A DNA stretch of 64,000 nucleotides from Balanoglossus misakiensis (Eukaryota > Animalia > Hemichordata): the NCBI GenBank assembly GCA_040954595.2, contig CM082587.2, forward strand, positions 2,075,000 through 2,138,999, written 5' to 3'. Below, piece after piece: positions 1 through 14,209 of the stretch; position 1 is the first letter of the stretch; the number at the start of each line of letters is the position of its first letter. The notes under the pieces were generated by a model. The model saw only the letters and a list, made by a program, of their open reading frames with translations. It was not told the origin of the DNA and ran no database searches. The position numbers and the translations under genes were made by a program.

Positions 1-42
1 TGGAGATGTAATGGTGACTCACAGCTTGTTGATGTCTTGCAG

Positions 43-282
43 GATGAAGAGAGATCTCACAAGAAACACAAACACAAGAAGCACAAGGACAAAGACAGAG
101 AGAAGGACAAAGAGGCGACGAAAGAAGGCGAGGGGAAAGAAAAGAAGAAGAAAAAGAAGTCTAAAAAGACAACAGAAGATGGTGAAACTGAAAGCAAAAA
201 AGAAATGGATGAACTGGAGGCATTTTTGAGCGGCGGTGATTTAACGCCAAACAAACCTGGAGCAGATTATGAAGTATTTTGA
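43..282 (+). CDS. RABL6: Last coding exon of Rab-like protein 6 (gene runs in from the left of the window)
   Basis: Acceptor tgcag|GAT at 42/43. Lys-rich tail ending MDELEAFLSGGDLTPNKPGADYEVF*, which matches the characteristic RABL6 C-terminus (DELEAFLGGG...GDYEEL). Confidence 0.8.
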   Translation, partial: DEERSHKKHKHKKHKDKDREKDKEATKEGEGKEKKKKKKSKKTTEDGETESKKEMDELEAFLSGGDLTPNKPGADYEVF

Positions 283-3150
283 TGATGGAGTAAAAGGGAA
301 AATATATAAACGGAAATATTTGTAGAATTTTAGGAGATTAAGCAACAGTGAAACTGATGATTAACTGTTGTGAACATGAAGATATGTATTCAACTACAAA
401 AAAGATGAAAAAGTCCTTTTATGTTTTCTTTGTCATCGGTGAAGCATGTTGTGTGTAGGAAATTCCAACGCTGGAGATGGACAACGCATGCACATGATAG
501 GCAGGTGCTGAGTCAAAGTTGCTCATATTACAAGACAAAGAACATTGCTCAATCAATATGAAATCATCTGCTTATCACGCTATAAAACAATAAATATTTA
601 CTGAGCTCAGTTTATGCTGGAAATTACTAACAACATCGCGCCATGGTCGCAGTAATAGACTGATGATGAAGATGTCTTGCACATTATGAGTGAGTTAGGG
701 AGTACTAGAACTGACAACCATGTGATCTAACTCACTCCACCACAGCATTGAAGTATGAAACTCCTCAAGTTCATGGTAGCTTTGATGTGTTCCGTGTTTG
801 TATTCACCAAGTGGGAAACAATGTCATGGTGCTGTTACCTATTCTCTGCCACCTAGGGACATGTTCAGCATCAACCTATCAGCTACCTGTTGCTCGGCCA
901 ATGTCAAAAAAGTAGTGGTACATTACCAAGAGGCTGCACTGATTAATGCTGGAGACGGTTTATTTTAAAAACCAAGCAACCACACTTTCATCGACACCCA
1001 AGCAAGTGAGCAGACAGTAATTTCAATAACTCTTCCATCCACTTGCCATGACTATTTTACAGGGAAAAAACCTGAATTTATAATCTCCATGACTCACTCC
1101 CGTGCATAACATGAAAGTGACACCGAAAACAGTGGCAGCGTTTTTATGTGCTGTATATTAAAAAATCTCTATTTTAACCCCCAAGAGTTGTAAGTACTAA
1201 AATGAAAGCTAGCTTTAACATTAAGTAATAGCAACTGAAAAACACACCTGGGCAGACGAATATGTTTAACTGCCTGGGAATTTCATTGGCTACGAACTCA
1301 GTAATAGCCAGAGATATATTTCAAATGTTTCAAATGATAAAAAAAGTATTTTGATTTAATTGTAAAAATATCTGGCAATCTACTTCACATAGCTGTTACA
1401 GTATTGCGTGGTAGCGGTGAACATGTTAACTTCTGTACAAGTATATGCAAATTTGTGACAAATTTGCATGTGGAAATTCCTGTCTGTTTAAAAAAGAAAG
1501 TGAATCTGAAAATGTTGTAAGAATCCATACTGGTGCATTATTAATTCAATATCCTCTCTGCAAAACAAGGTTATTCCCCACATGTAAAGATGTTGGTTGC
1601 TAGCCCCTCACTGCCTGTGGTGATGTAAAAAAATTATCGAAAGTAAAATATTGTGGTTACTGTAAAGTACAACCACACCTTTTTGTCTGCAAAGCTGGGT
1701 GGTGACTTACAGTAATATGTTGATGTATGGTGACTTAATTTACACTGCAGGCTTGTCAGAAATCCATTCTATTGAAGCCATCCAGAAATAGTCCATGAAT
1801 CATAGGGGTAGAAATATTACAGAGGATAGTTCAAACAGAGAATTTTGGAGAAAAGTGAATATTTTATGATCTGATGGAAAGGTGTCAAATAGTGGTTACA
1901 TTACATATGTACATCAGAATAATGCTCCAATGAGAAATGCGAGAGATTGCCAAAGATGAATATCTTTCAAGATGACTTCCTAAATGAACTTTATTGTTGT
2001 GTAATTTTTAGTTAATTCCTTTAATTTTAAAAGTGTAAATTGTCTATGCATATCACTATGCATTTTTATGAGGAGAGTGTGCTTTCCTTGTTCGGTTCAA
2101 CCCGTACCTCATCACAGATATCATACAACCCCCCCCCCCTCCCCTCCCCTCCCCTCCCCCACTGTAGGTTAATGTACCCTGTAGTCTATTGCTAGGATCG
2201 TACCATGTTAAACAAAAGACAGGGGTGTCTGATACAGTTTGAGAAGACAATTGTGTTGAGCTTGGCGATATTATTATGTTGACATATCATGTAGCATTTG
2301 TTGAGTCTCTGGAAGATAAGTGTAGCATTTGTCATTGAAATAAAACAAAAGCATAATAACCTGCGAAACGATGGGTTGTTGAGAAATTGCTGTGAAGGTG
2401 TGTGTGGGGTTTCGTGGTCTGCATACACAACAGTTTAGATTTTGTAATGTGGAAAATAATGTCATGGTCAGGTTGCATCATACCACTGTAAAATTGGAGC
2501 TGCGGGCGGCCTTGGGCGAAATATATAATAAATCATGTTGTTGTTGTTGTTGTTGCAGTTGCCTGTGTCATCACCTGACCTTGAAACAGGTTCACTGGAA
2601 TGCGTTGGCCTGGCCTGAGATGTGAGGTTAATTAACCACGTAAACAACTCCGGGGAAGTGACCGAGTAAAACAACCCCAGCTGTAACTGCCACCACAGAC
2701 AAGTAGGCCATAAAATACGTCATGCCAAACAGAAGTCAACAACAGGTCACTCCTCACATAAATGGCAAACTACAGTGACTTTTAGGTAATTTTTTAAATG
2801 TACATCGTAGTATAAAAGTTGGAAGTACAGACAAGTTCAGTATTTTACAATATTAGAAATTGTTTCTTTCAAACAGCGAAAATCATTCAATTAAAATGTA
2901 CATAAACCACTTCACAAAGTTTCATAAATATAAATACGTAGCATTGTTGAGTTCCCTAAAACTGTTCAGTATCTTTTGCTAAAACAGTAATATTTCTTGT
3001 AAAAGAATGGCGTATCTTGTCAAATAAAATTGACTGGGAAGTTAACATCTGGAAAAATGCACAAATCTTTCAAATTGCATCGATTGGCATTTGTATCACG
3101 TTTATGTGGCAACAATTCTGACTGATGCATAAATATTGAAAGTGGCAACG

Positions 3151-4180
3151 TTACGGTAGATCGCTTACGTCGACGATAATTTTCAGAAAAGCAACGTCAT
3201 CTTTGACATAGGCGTGTCTTGGACTGTCCAGTTGTGACAATGGCATGAACAAAGGGCACCCACTGGCGACATTCATGTCTTGTACTGGTCTCTTAAATGA
3301 ACTTGATGTTGGATCTGGTCGGAAAGCATCCATGACATGCTCCCTGTCATTTTGATCCAACCACATCAAAGTCACCTTTTGGCGAAACGGCCATCTCAAA
3401 AGGGCATCGAAAGGACCCTTCATGATTGTGAAGAAAACAGACACGTGGTTACCTTTACCCATCCCGTCCCCATTCAGATAGATTCGGGCACACATTTTGT
3501 AACCATGGCGACTAGTATAGAAACATGGCGAGTAAATAGACGTTGCTTTGCCGAAAATAGCATCTTGACGTTTCTGGTGAAAATTTGAAATTTTCCAAAC
3601 CAACGTTCCATCAAAACTGGCCATTTCTAAAGCCTGTATTCTGAGGTCTTGTTCAGCCAGTGCTATATCTTTCAAAGCTAGAATTCTATCTTGATTCTTG
3701 ATCTTACGTTCCAAAGACTCCATGAGTTCTCTGTCTTGTCTCCTTTGCCTTTGGAGAGTCTGGACTGAGTCAGCATCTCGTTCTATCTGAGTATTAAGAA
3801 CACCAACAATGGCCTCGTAGGTAGACACTTTCGTTTGGAGAACTGTTTGTTTGTTATGTAAGTCTACCAATCGTGAGTTCAGATTATCAACATTCGTCGC
3901 AGACGCTCCGGGTGGGGAACGTTTTTCACTAACACCATCGTTTTGTAATTGTCCGATTTGTTTTTCTAACTTTTGAACGTCGGATGAAAGGGTCTCTAGT
4001 TTCACCTGGTGACTTTGAGCTTGCTCTTTGAACTCGTCGACGTCATGATATTGGTCCTTCATAGTTTGAACTGTAGACAAAAATGGTATCAAGGTGTAAA
4101 GTAACATCAGCAAATGTTCTCCTGTAGATCGTTTGTTATGCTCTCCAGCTTTGTCCTTTTCTACCTGTAAATGAGAAGAG

Positions 4181-4246
<66 letters not shown>

Positions 4247-5517
4247 TACGTTTCTGTAATTTGATAGTGGATTGAACGAACGAAACACTCACCAGTTCTT
4301 TACATCCAACGTCTTTGAACTTGCAGAAAACTGGCTTCCTTGGACAATCTCCCCTTACAGTATCCTGGTGTTCCGTCAACTAGCAAAACAGAGAAGACAT
4401 ATGAATATTTGAAAACAGTAACACTATACAGCGACACGCTTAGAACTTCTGTAGACTTGAAACAATTCTCTCAGTATTACATGTAATATGCAATGGGGCA
4501 AATCGTACCTCATTTCGTGGAATATCTCCCTTCCCACAAAACCGACAAGTGGTTGGATATCGAGAACATTCTTGAACGTGTGCCTACAGTAAGAAATAAC
4601 ATAAAAATGATTATTTATTTATGAAACCATCGACAAGTTTCGCAGCAAATCATCCTATAAAACAAAGAATTATAACTCGGTATACCTGGTCATACTGTTT
4701 GTACGTTCCCTTCCAATCGCAGTCGTCATTGATACACCTTACTCTGACGTCACTCAAGTCTCGTAGTATGGCCCTGTCTTTGTAAATCTGTGAGAGAGAA
4801 GAAAAAAGTGGTATCTTTATGCATGTCATATCTTTACCACTGATAGACCATTTTCCATTCGTTCTTCATTTTTTTGAATTATCATACTAGTCAATCATCC
4901 GCTCACAGAACAGAAAGAAGTGAGTTTAACTTCGACACGTTTACTTCTTGAAACCGAAAGCCATGTGATCAAAATAAATATACTGCAACGAAACCGCTAT
5001 AACTGACTTTGAAGTAATTTTTAATTACAAACACCAGCCATGAGGTCATCAATTTGCGCGTTGACACAGTGATTCGATGAAACTTACCTGGTCGGAACTT
5101 ACAAGGGAGTCGTGTATGTTGTCAGCGACACATGCCGTGCATGAACTGCCGTTCCTGAATGAAGCATAAACAAAAAAATATCTCAGCATCTAAAAGTTGT
5201 CATCGATTTTCTAGATGTATGATTTCTCCAAAAAGAATTCGCCGAGAACACAATTGAGTTTGCAATCACGCAAATTCTCTTTGTTTCTCAGAGCCAGGAT
5301 TGAAACTGTGATTATGTGGCATATTCATTTACCTTTGTATTAGGTGTTCTACGCACTGCCTGCAATAACGGTGACCACACTGTGTCTGCACTGGGTCCTT
5401 TAACACCTTCCTGCAGAAGTTACACAGGTATTTCATCTCTCCCGTCATGATCATGTCACCTTCAAGAAATATCCCGGGATCGTATCCGAAGACTGGAATG
5501 CTCCTGCTATCAGCCAT
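3151..5517 (-). CDS. TRAF2: TNF receptor-associated factor, TRAF2-like (RING, zinc fingers, coiled coil, MATH), about 509 aa
   Basis: Exons 5517-5333, 5154-5088, 4787-4686, 4583-4509, 4379-4293, 4164-3151, all GT-AG, 1530 nt in frame. RING CNFC..CGHRYC..C. MATH domain YKMCARIYLNGDG..DALLRWPF..DAFRPDPTSSSFKRP..NVASGCPLF. Exact subfamily (TRAF1/2 vs 3/5) needs a tree. Confidence 0.9.
4181..4245. repeat. (ATC)n microsatellite, about 21 units, in the last TRAF intron
   Basis: Seen directly. It explains the spurious poly-Met start of ORF 3151..4245. Confidence 0.97.
4950..4960 (+). promoter_or_regulatory. ISRE/IRF-like element in TRAF intron 2
   Basis: GAAACCGAAAG matches the GAAANNGAAA consensus. 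Motif match only. Confidence 0.35.
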
Positions 5518-5780
5518 ATAAATCTTGTGGACGTGGTTTTCGCAGTGATACTCAGCGATTTGGTTTCAGGCGAGGAATTTTTATCACATAAGAACTTTCA
5601 AAGTACATGTAGTCCTTAGCTTCTGTCAGTGTCATTATGTCAAAGGCGAAGAATGTTGAGCTCTTCTTCTCTATATAAACTCGGGCTTGATGGTTTCTAT
5701 AATGTTGTGCAGAGGTAGAGTTCCACAAGACATCATAGTATAGTAAAAACCCAAACTGTAGGTCTAATCCGTGCGTGAGG

Positions 5781-5810
5781 TTTTATAGTGTGTTAAAAGG
5801 GGATTACCCC
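5781..5810 (-). promoter_or_regulatory. TRAF promoter: NF-kB-like site GGGGATTACCCC (5799-5810) just upstream of a TATAAAA box (5787-5781, minus strand)
   Basis: Both motifs are seen directly, about 270-290 nt upstream of the ATG, in the expected order for the minus-strand gene. Confidence 0.55.
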
Positions 5811-7184
5811 GGCGACAGTGTCCCGTCATGGTATGCACGTGACTCTGCACACGTCTGACCATTTATGTCCATGCATGGTACCCTTGATAGCCGAGATTCG
5901 CTCGCTGGTAAGTCAGAGCATGGAGGTACTAGAGACAGAGGGCAAGTTTGTGTAAGCGACGCGAGGGGAGGGAGCCGGGGTGTTTTAGTAGAGAGTCTGT
6001 GGATTCACACGTTTGATTTTGTGGTGTATCATTTCTTGCGTTTGAAGGGTCACTTGAAGTCAGTGCCACCAAGGACGTCCATGGTGCCACACACGTCACG
6101 ATCCAACAGGTTGCACCACAACAACGCGTCCATCAGCTTATCCTGTCCTGTCAGGGTACCTATATAGTCATCTTGTGTCCTTCTGGTGTTCGTTGACCTC
6201 GCCTGATATGGCAATACGTACTCAACTACATTTGGAAACACGTGGCAGCTTCCTCACGGGGCAAGGACAAAGATGTAAACCTCGTCACCGTCTTTTGAAG
6301 TTTGATGTCTACAAAGTAAGCTGTTTTTCCACATTTCAAGTATTTTTGTGCTGACATCAATGCGTCATCAAAACAATAGAACGAACGATTTCATCACACT
6401 GTCGCTATCAACATGACATGTTGTGCAGATAGGCCTAAAAAAAATTCTAACGCAATACCTTCGAATGATTCACAAAAGTCATGCCACAAAAAACTTCCAC
6501 AAAATCATAAGCAAGTCAGTATACAAATGTGTTGGGGATCCATGCAAAAAGTCTCTTCCTCGTACAATCTCCATTATGCAAACTTCATTTCGGCTGGAAT
6601 TAAACGGATGACAGATTCTGAGAATTTCGCGCCGCAGGGCTTTCCTTTATATTCATATTTGTCTGCAACCCGTCCTTTGCTGCTGTGTCGACACTTTTAG
6701 ATCATAGTGGACGCGTGAGAAGGGGGGGGGGGGGTTGTTCAATGAATTTTGGTGTGTATTGTTTTCCAGTGATCACCTGGGATGGGCCTGCCATACCAGG
6801 CCAGGTGTCAGTTCGTCAATACGCAATGCAATGGCATTCTTTCAGCAGACGAGCGACAATCATTATAATTAACACTTCTTTCCTATCTAGCTTGGCCTGC
6901 TAACCGTCTAAAAAGTACAGACAACACAGGGCAGTCTGACCTCAATTTTCAATGCTGAAAGGTGGTTCTTTGGTGAAACCAGACCCTATCTATTAACTGT
7001 GTTGAAATTGCCTGGGGCATTAAAATTACATTGCACGTAATTGGCGGGCCGCTTAACAATCCCCTGCAGTTTATAGCAAGCTAGGGTTAGGGCCTGCAAA
7101 CCATTGGAATCAGTCTTCGTCAGATACTAGACGCCTGCGCAGCATCATCGCATCAAAAGGCAGTCCGATCTCACTCTCATCGTC

Positions 7185-8340
7185 ATGGCGTCCCCTCCAC
7201 TTTCTGAATCTAAAGCCGAAACGGCAGAGTCGTTCATGGGTCGTATAGTTGATGGCTTGAATTCCAGTTTCATCACGGTCGGCGTGGCGATCGGATCATC
7301 ACTGGGACTATTCACCACAATGGCCTCCTTGGGGGAACCAAGAACGTCTCAAGAAATTGCCGATGCTGCGGGATTGAAAGAACGGTAAATCTAGGACAGA
7401 GAATATAGTTATTTAGATATTAGCCTAAAATGCCCTAAATCGGCCGGGATCGTGGGTTCTTTGAACGGAGAAAGACCAGCTATCTGAAAGTGTCTGATGA
7501 AAAATAAGTATGTCACCCAGCAAGAATGGTCACCGTGCCCCTGACATGATATTTGAAGCGAACCTTTTACATGTGTACGTGACAAGCATTGCGATATATG
7601 TCTTCTATACATCAAAAACCTCCTTTAATTGACAAATGTCCACGAATGATTAAGAGGGCATACAATCTGCTAATGAACATACGGTGGCTTTTTTTGCTTG
7701 GTTACCCACAAAATCTGTGATTGGCTAGATCTGCATCATGGTAATTGTGGCTATAAACGTGGCCCAGTGACCTTATACCTTTAAAGTACTAGGTGACCTA
7801 AATGTGCACATATACGCTAATATTTGTTCTCATCATCAGGTATGTGAGGGAATGGCTAGGTGTTATGGTGACTGGTAGGATTGTGGAGATGGACTTTGAC
7901 AAGAACACCTATTGGCTTCCGAAACACCGAGTTGATGTTTTGACAGAATCCAAAGGGTTTGAAGGCTCGGCTCTGGGTGCAACAACACTGCCAGCGTTGT
8001 GTACAGTGTATGATGACCTGATTGAGTGTTTCAAGAAAGACGGTCCTCGAGGTCGGTATAGTTACGTATAAGATATGTGATTTTGACAACTATGAGCATA
8101 ACTAAACACAAATAATTGAATTTTAATTGTGCATCATGACAGCACCATTTCTGCAGAATAATGCCTCCCGTCGCCCATCTCTTCTTTTCCTCCTGAAGGT
8201 ATTCCATACGCCAAGTATCCCGCTTACTTTGATTACATGGATAAATTGGCGGTAGACAAGTATGGAAAATTACCTCCTTTTATCAGAAATACCAAGGAAG
8301 TTTATACCCTACTCGGTAAGTAAACGTGACACATTTTGCT

Positions 8341-8393
<53 letters not shown>

Positions 8394-9024
8394 TCTTGCA
8401 TATGCGCGTCACATACACATACACATTTTCCTTCTTCCGCTTTTCCTAGAGTCTGGAATCTCGGTGGTCGATATTGGGTGTGGCCACGGGACTGCGATAT
8501 GTACATTGGCCCAGGAGTTTCCCAAGAGCCAGTTCCACGGCGTTGACTTCGTCGAGGATTGCTTACAAGTAGCTAGGACCGAGGCTGAGAAAAGAGGCTT
8601 GACCAACGTCACATTCCACGCGCACGATGCGGCAAAACTGCCCGCTGATTGGTCCAATAAGTTTGACTATGTCTTGGCTTTGGACACAATCCACGACCAG
8701 GCATACCCGGATGTGGTATTGAGAGAGATCTACCGTATCCTGAAGCCGGCTGGTTACTTTACCATCATCGACGTTCTCGCATCTTCTTCTATTCGCGATA
8801 ACATGGATCAACCAATAATGCCGATGATTTACGCGACTAGCTTGCTGCACTGCATGCCCGTGTCGCTGTATTTTGAAAACGGCATGGGTTTGGGAGCGGC
8901 ATGGGGCAAAGAAAAAGCTCAAGAAATGGTTGAAGAAGCAGGGTTTCGCTGCGTGTTTCTGAAACCATTGCCTGACGACGAAGAGAATTTCCATTGCTTT
9001 AGCGAAAAACCCGACTCTACTTAA
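7185..9024 (+). CDS. Class I SAM-dependent methyltransferase, Rv2258c-like (N-terminal winged helix plus MTase domain), about 367 aa
   Basis: Exons 7185-7384, 7840-8051, 8199-8315, 8450-9024 (1104 nt, in frame). Motifs TSQEIADAAGLKERYVREWL, VDIGCGHG (motif I), DTIHD, SLLHCMPVSL, GLGAAWG. Confidence 0.88.
8341..8392. repeat. (TGA)n microsatellite in methyltransferase intron 3
   Basis: Seen directly. It gives the poly-M and poly-I artefact ORFs. Confidence 0.97.
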
Positions 9025-9384
9025 CAGTAATGATGTTTTGTGAAAATGACCATTTTACACATTTATAATTTTCAGACTAGTATTACCCGAGGTTTACACT
9101 ATTAAAAGTAGATGAAGCTTGTTGACTTCTTGTTCTTTGTGCCCATATTGAGTTATGCTTGATGTGTACGTGTAAATGTACATGATTGTATATCTTACAA
9201 CACACTGCCACTTGTAAAACAACTGTCAACACACCTTCACAATGTTGAAATAAACTAGTGTCTTTGTAAATGCTGAGCAAACTGATTCATTCGACTTTGC
9301 CGACAATGCCCGTTTTCAGTTACAGCTGTCCAGGATTCTTTCGTTTAATAATTTTATTTCCCACAATCCATTGCAATTGCGTAA

Positions 9385-11122
<1,738 letters not shown>

Positions 11123-11130
<8 letters not shown>

Positions 11131-11206
11131 TGATGTCACTAAACCATGTGCTGATGTCATTGAACCCTGTGATGATGTCACTAAACCAGGTGTTGGTGTC
11201 ACTGAA
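11123..11206 (+). repeat. Degenerate 21-nt tandem repeat, about 4 copies, overlapping the PTGES2 stop and start of the 3'UTR
   Basis: gatgatgtcactaaaccatgt / gctgatgtcattgaaccctgt / gatgatgtcactaaaccaggt / gttggtgtcactgaa. Confidence 0.8.
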
Positions 11207-11795
11207 TAGAACAGAATTTTGTTATGTGCCAGTTGAGGTGGAAATTGAGGAAGAGATATTTCCTGTGGTCAGGCGGTTTTGTGACCAGTCATACTGAAAG
11301 CTCTGAACTGTGGGAATAGTGTACTAGTAGTTAATGTAATACTCCTGTTTGAAATTGGATGGTGCTTCAATAAATAAATTCCTACGAGGATGAAATGTTG
11401 TGACTGTAGTGTGCATAATTTTAAAATATTCATTGTAATTTGTTTATTTGGAATAAACTACATTTATTTTAATACTGGAGTGATGTAATTTTGTTTTCAG
11501 AAGTGTCTTACAACTATAGTTGTTTGTGGGAGGGTTTCACTAAGTGCAAATATCCCAATTTGCTACCCTGTGGTGTTCAGGCCCAGTACCCTCTACCGTT
11601 TCCTGGCTCTGCCCAAAAATGTCCATTTAGCAGAGCCAAGAAAAGGCAGACAAGATACTTGTCAGCTGTCTACGAACAAAATGACCAGAATAATTTTCTG
11701 ACAAGAATCAATTACACGCCAGACAATGTTTATCTGTGTCACTAAACAGTGTTCTTTATTCCTGGCACACGTATTGTACAATACAAAGTCAGATC

Positions 11796-12841
11796 TTATT
11801 CTTTGACAGCATATTTCCTCATGGGGAAAAGTCTCTCTTTCCTCAGTTGTTTCTTTGTCTTTCTTCTCAGCTCACTAGGCTTCAATGCCCTTCTCATGGC
11901 CCTGGTCTTCTTGGGTCTCAGATCCAGAGGCTTGTACTTCTTGCCTTTGTAGAATTTGCGCAGGTTTTCCTTCTGCGTTTGGTTCATTACTGTGAGAATT
12001 CTGGCAATACCTTTACGTACCATACGACTGAAAAAAGAATCAAAGGCAGGCAGTTATTTTTCCTGTCTTGCCAAGTGCCTAAAATTAACTGAAGCAAAGC
12101 TGCTCTGATGGGTATCAGAAGAGTTCAAGCGTTAGCCATAAGTTACAGCTAATAGTTTCTATGGTTACATGATCAAATATGGATATGAAACACTGTGCAT
12201 ATATTCACCTACATTTTTGATAGCTTTGAGGCAGCACCCCCTGTAACCTTGGCAACTCTGAGTTGGGACAGCTCTTCTTTCAGCTTGTTGAGCTGTTCCT
12301 CCATCTCATCTTTCTTCTTGCCCCGCAACTCGTGTGCCTTGATCTTCGTCTGCAAAAAAAGAGTTGTGTGCTCATGTTACTGTTTTCATACCATTACTTT
12401 TCACTGTGCTCTATACAAGTTGGACCTCTACAGAGGGGTTTGGTGTTATCACCCGGGTCTTGGTCATATCTAGGTCGATCATGCAGACTTTCTCATATCA
12501 TAGGGATAAACACTTGACGATATTTATTTATTTTTGCATAACTTAACTGTATTTTGAAACTTTGGGTGGCGCGGCGTGGACGGTTAGTATGATCTCAGCA
12601 GTGAAACCTGACAAGAGCTGTTCACACGTTCACGAAAGAAAATGGCGTCTTCCATGTTGTAAACAAATCGCCGCTCGGAATAATCCGATATACCACAAAC
12701 AGCTTTCATCTATTTTTGAAATTGTAATTCTCAGTCATTCTGCAATTAAAACCCGCTCTCCCGGTAGTCTATTTATTGTGGGAAGTGTACGAATTACATG
12801 GATGGTGGCTGATATTACGACAACCATCTCTCACTCACCAT
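11796..12841 (-). CDS. RPL35: 60S ribosomal protein L35 (uL29), 123 aa
   Basis: Exons 12841-12839 (ATG only), 12349-12213, 12027-11796 (372 nt). [48 protein letters not shown]. Confidence 0.97.
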
Positions 12842-12865
12842 CTTGAATGCTGGTCAAAGCGGAAG

Positions 12866-12878
12866 AGACCGACAACCA
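12866..12878 (-). promoter_or_regulatory. TCT/5'TOP initiator of RPL35
   Basis: The minus strand reads tctcttccgcttt about 30 nt before the ATG, typical of ribosomal protein genes. Confidence 0.7.
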
Positions 12879-13220
12879 TACCCTTTACCCGAATTGAATT
12901 CTGGACCTTCAGTTTCCCACAATTCTTATTTTCATTAAACGGCTAGCGAAGCCACACAGTGTCATATTTTATCTGTTCACGAATTTCTTTTGTGAGTAAG
13001 TAGCCCTGCGATAATGTCAGAACATTTTTACCGAAGTTCTCTTTCTAGGAAAACCAGCGGCAATGAACTTATTTGAGAACCAGGGAATGAGGTAAAAACG
13101 AAAACGAGGCAGGCCGCCATAGTAGGAGTGTCCGCTGGAGAATCAGGAAGTGAACTCCGCACCGCCTATCGTGTGAAAAGTTCTTCTTTATTTCATTGTT
13201 TTGGTGAACTTTTTTTCCAA

Positions 13221-14209
13221 ATGGCTAAGAACACTGGTAACTCTAGGTTCAGGAAAGTTAACGTCGATGAGTATGACGAAAATAACTTTCGTGAAGATGA
13301 AGCAGACGAAACCGCTGGTGGTCCAGATGAGGGCGAAGTTACGAGTTGTCTGAACCAATATCCTTTTACTTATACAGTTACACCTGAGTTTATGGACAGG
13401 TGTCGTAACTTATGATGTGATTTCTATTTATTTCAATAACACTTAGTAACCCAGTATTATAAAAGTATTTTGGTTAGCAACACACCACTCTTATTTTGCT
13501 AAGGAAATAGTAGTACCCTACGTTGGTCGAAGGAGGAAGTTGATGGGGGGGGGGGGGGGTACATTGCTTTCTTTTGTTTTTATGCATCATAAGACCATAA
13601 TTGCTGTTTTTAGCCTTAACAGAGTGTTTCACAGGGAGAAATCTCGATGCTCTACAGGCAGTTCTTCGAAACCCTCCAATAGGATCCAAAAACCAAGCAG
13701 TTAAGGTTAGTGTAAGAATAATAATATTAATATTATAACCAAGCCACTATCAGAATGTTCCAGCAATGTAGTTGTACAGTCAGACTCCTGTTAAAATATG
13801 TTTACTCTTCTAAATCTTGCATGTTTCATACCTCCTCCTTTCACAGGACAAATCAGTAACTTTGGTGGTGAGGGTACTCACTTCATTCAAAGCCAGTGAA
13901 ATAGAGAAAGCAGTGACCACACTTGATAAAGATACAGTGGACATATTAATGAAGTACATCTACAGAGGTTTTGAAAATGTCACAGATAATAGCAGTGCTA
14001 TACTGCTTTCATGGCATGAAAAGGTAATGTATATACTCTCTTGCATTGAAGTCAATGGTGAAGACAACAGGAGAATGAACATTGCCATTGCACAAGGCAG
14101 AACTAGTGACAATGCAATGACGAAATGTTTCCTCTGTTCTTTGCAGGCTGTAAGTGCTGGTGGTCTTGGGTCAATCGTCAGAGTCTTGACGGACAGAAAG
14201 TCAGTATAG
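13221..14209 (+). CDS. ARPC5: Arp2/3 complex subunit 5 (p16-Arc), 149 aa
   Basis: Exons 13221-13357, 13633-13705, 13847-14023, 14147-14209 (450 nt). [44 protein letters not shown]. Confidence 0.96.
13358..13632 (+). other. U12-type (minor spliceosome) AT-AC intron in ARPC5
   Basis: 5' splice site ATATCCTTT at 13358, branch site CCTTAAC at 13614-13620, terminal AC at 13631-13632. Splicing restores CLNQ|[11 protein letters not shown] in frame. Confidence 0.93.

Noticed and set aside
4165-4245. Poly-Met N-terminus of ORF 3151..4245
   Set aside because: It is an intronic (ATC)n microsatellite. The real exon starts at the acceptor at 4164.
5865-6300. GC-richer, coding-looking stretch with short ORFs between TRAF and the methyltransferase
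   Set aside because: No recognisable domain, stops in all extended frames and no convincing splice context. It may be promoter DNA or a decayed repeat.
8262-8546. Poly-Met and poly-Ile ORFs
   Set aside because: Artefacts of the (TGA)n microsatellite in a methyltransferase intron.
12365-12505. Possible H/ACA snoRNA in RPL35 intron 1
   Set aside because: ANANNA and ACA motifs exist, but I could not build two convincing hairpins by eye. It needs Infernal.
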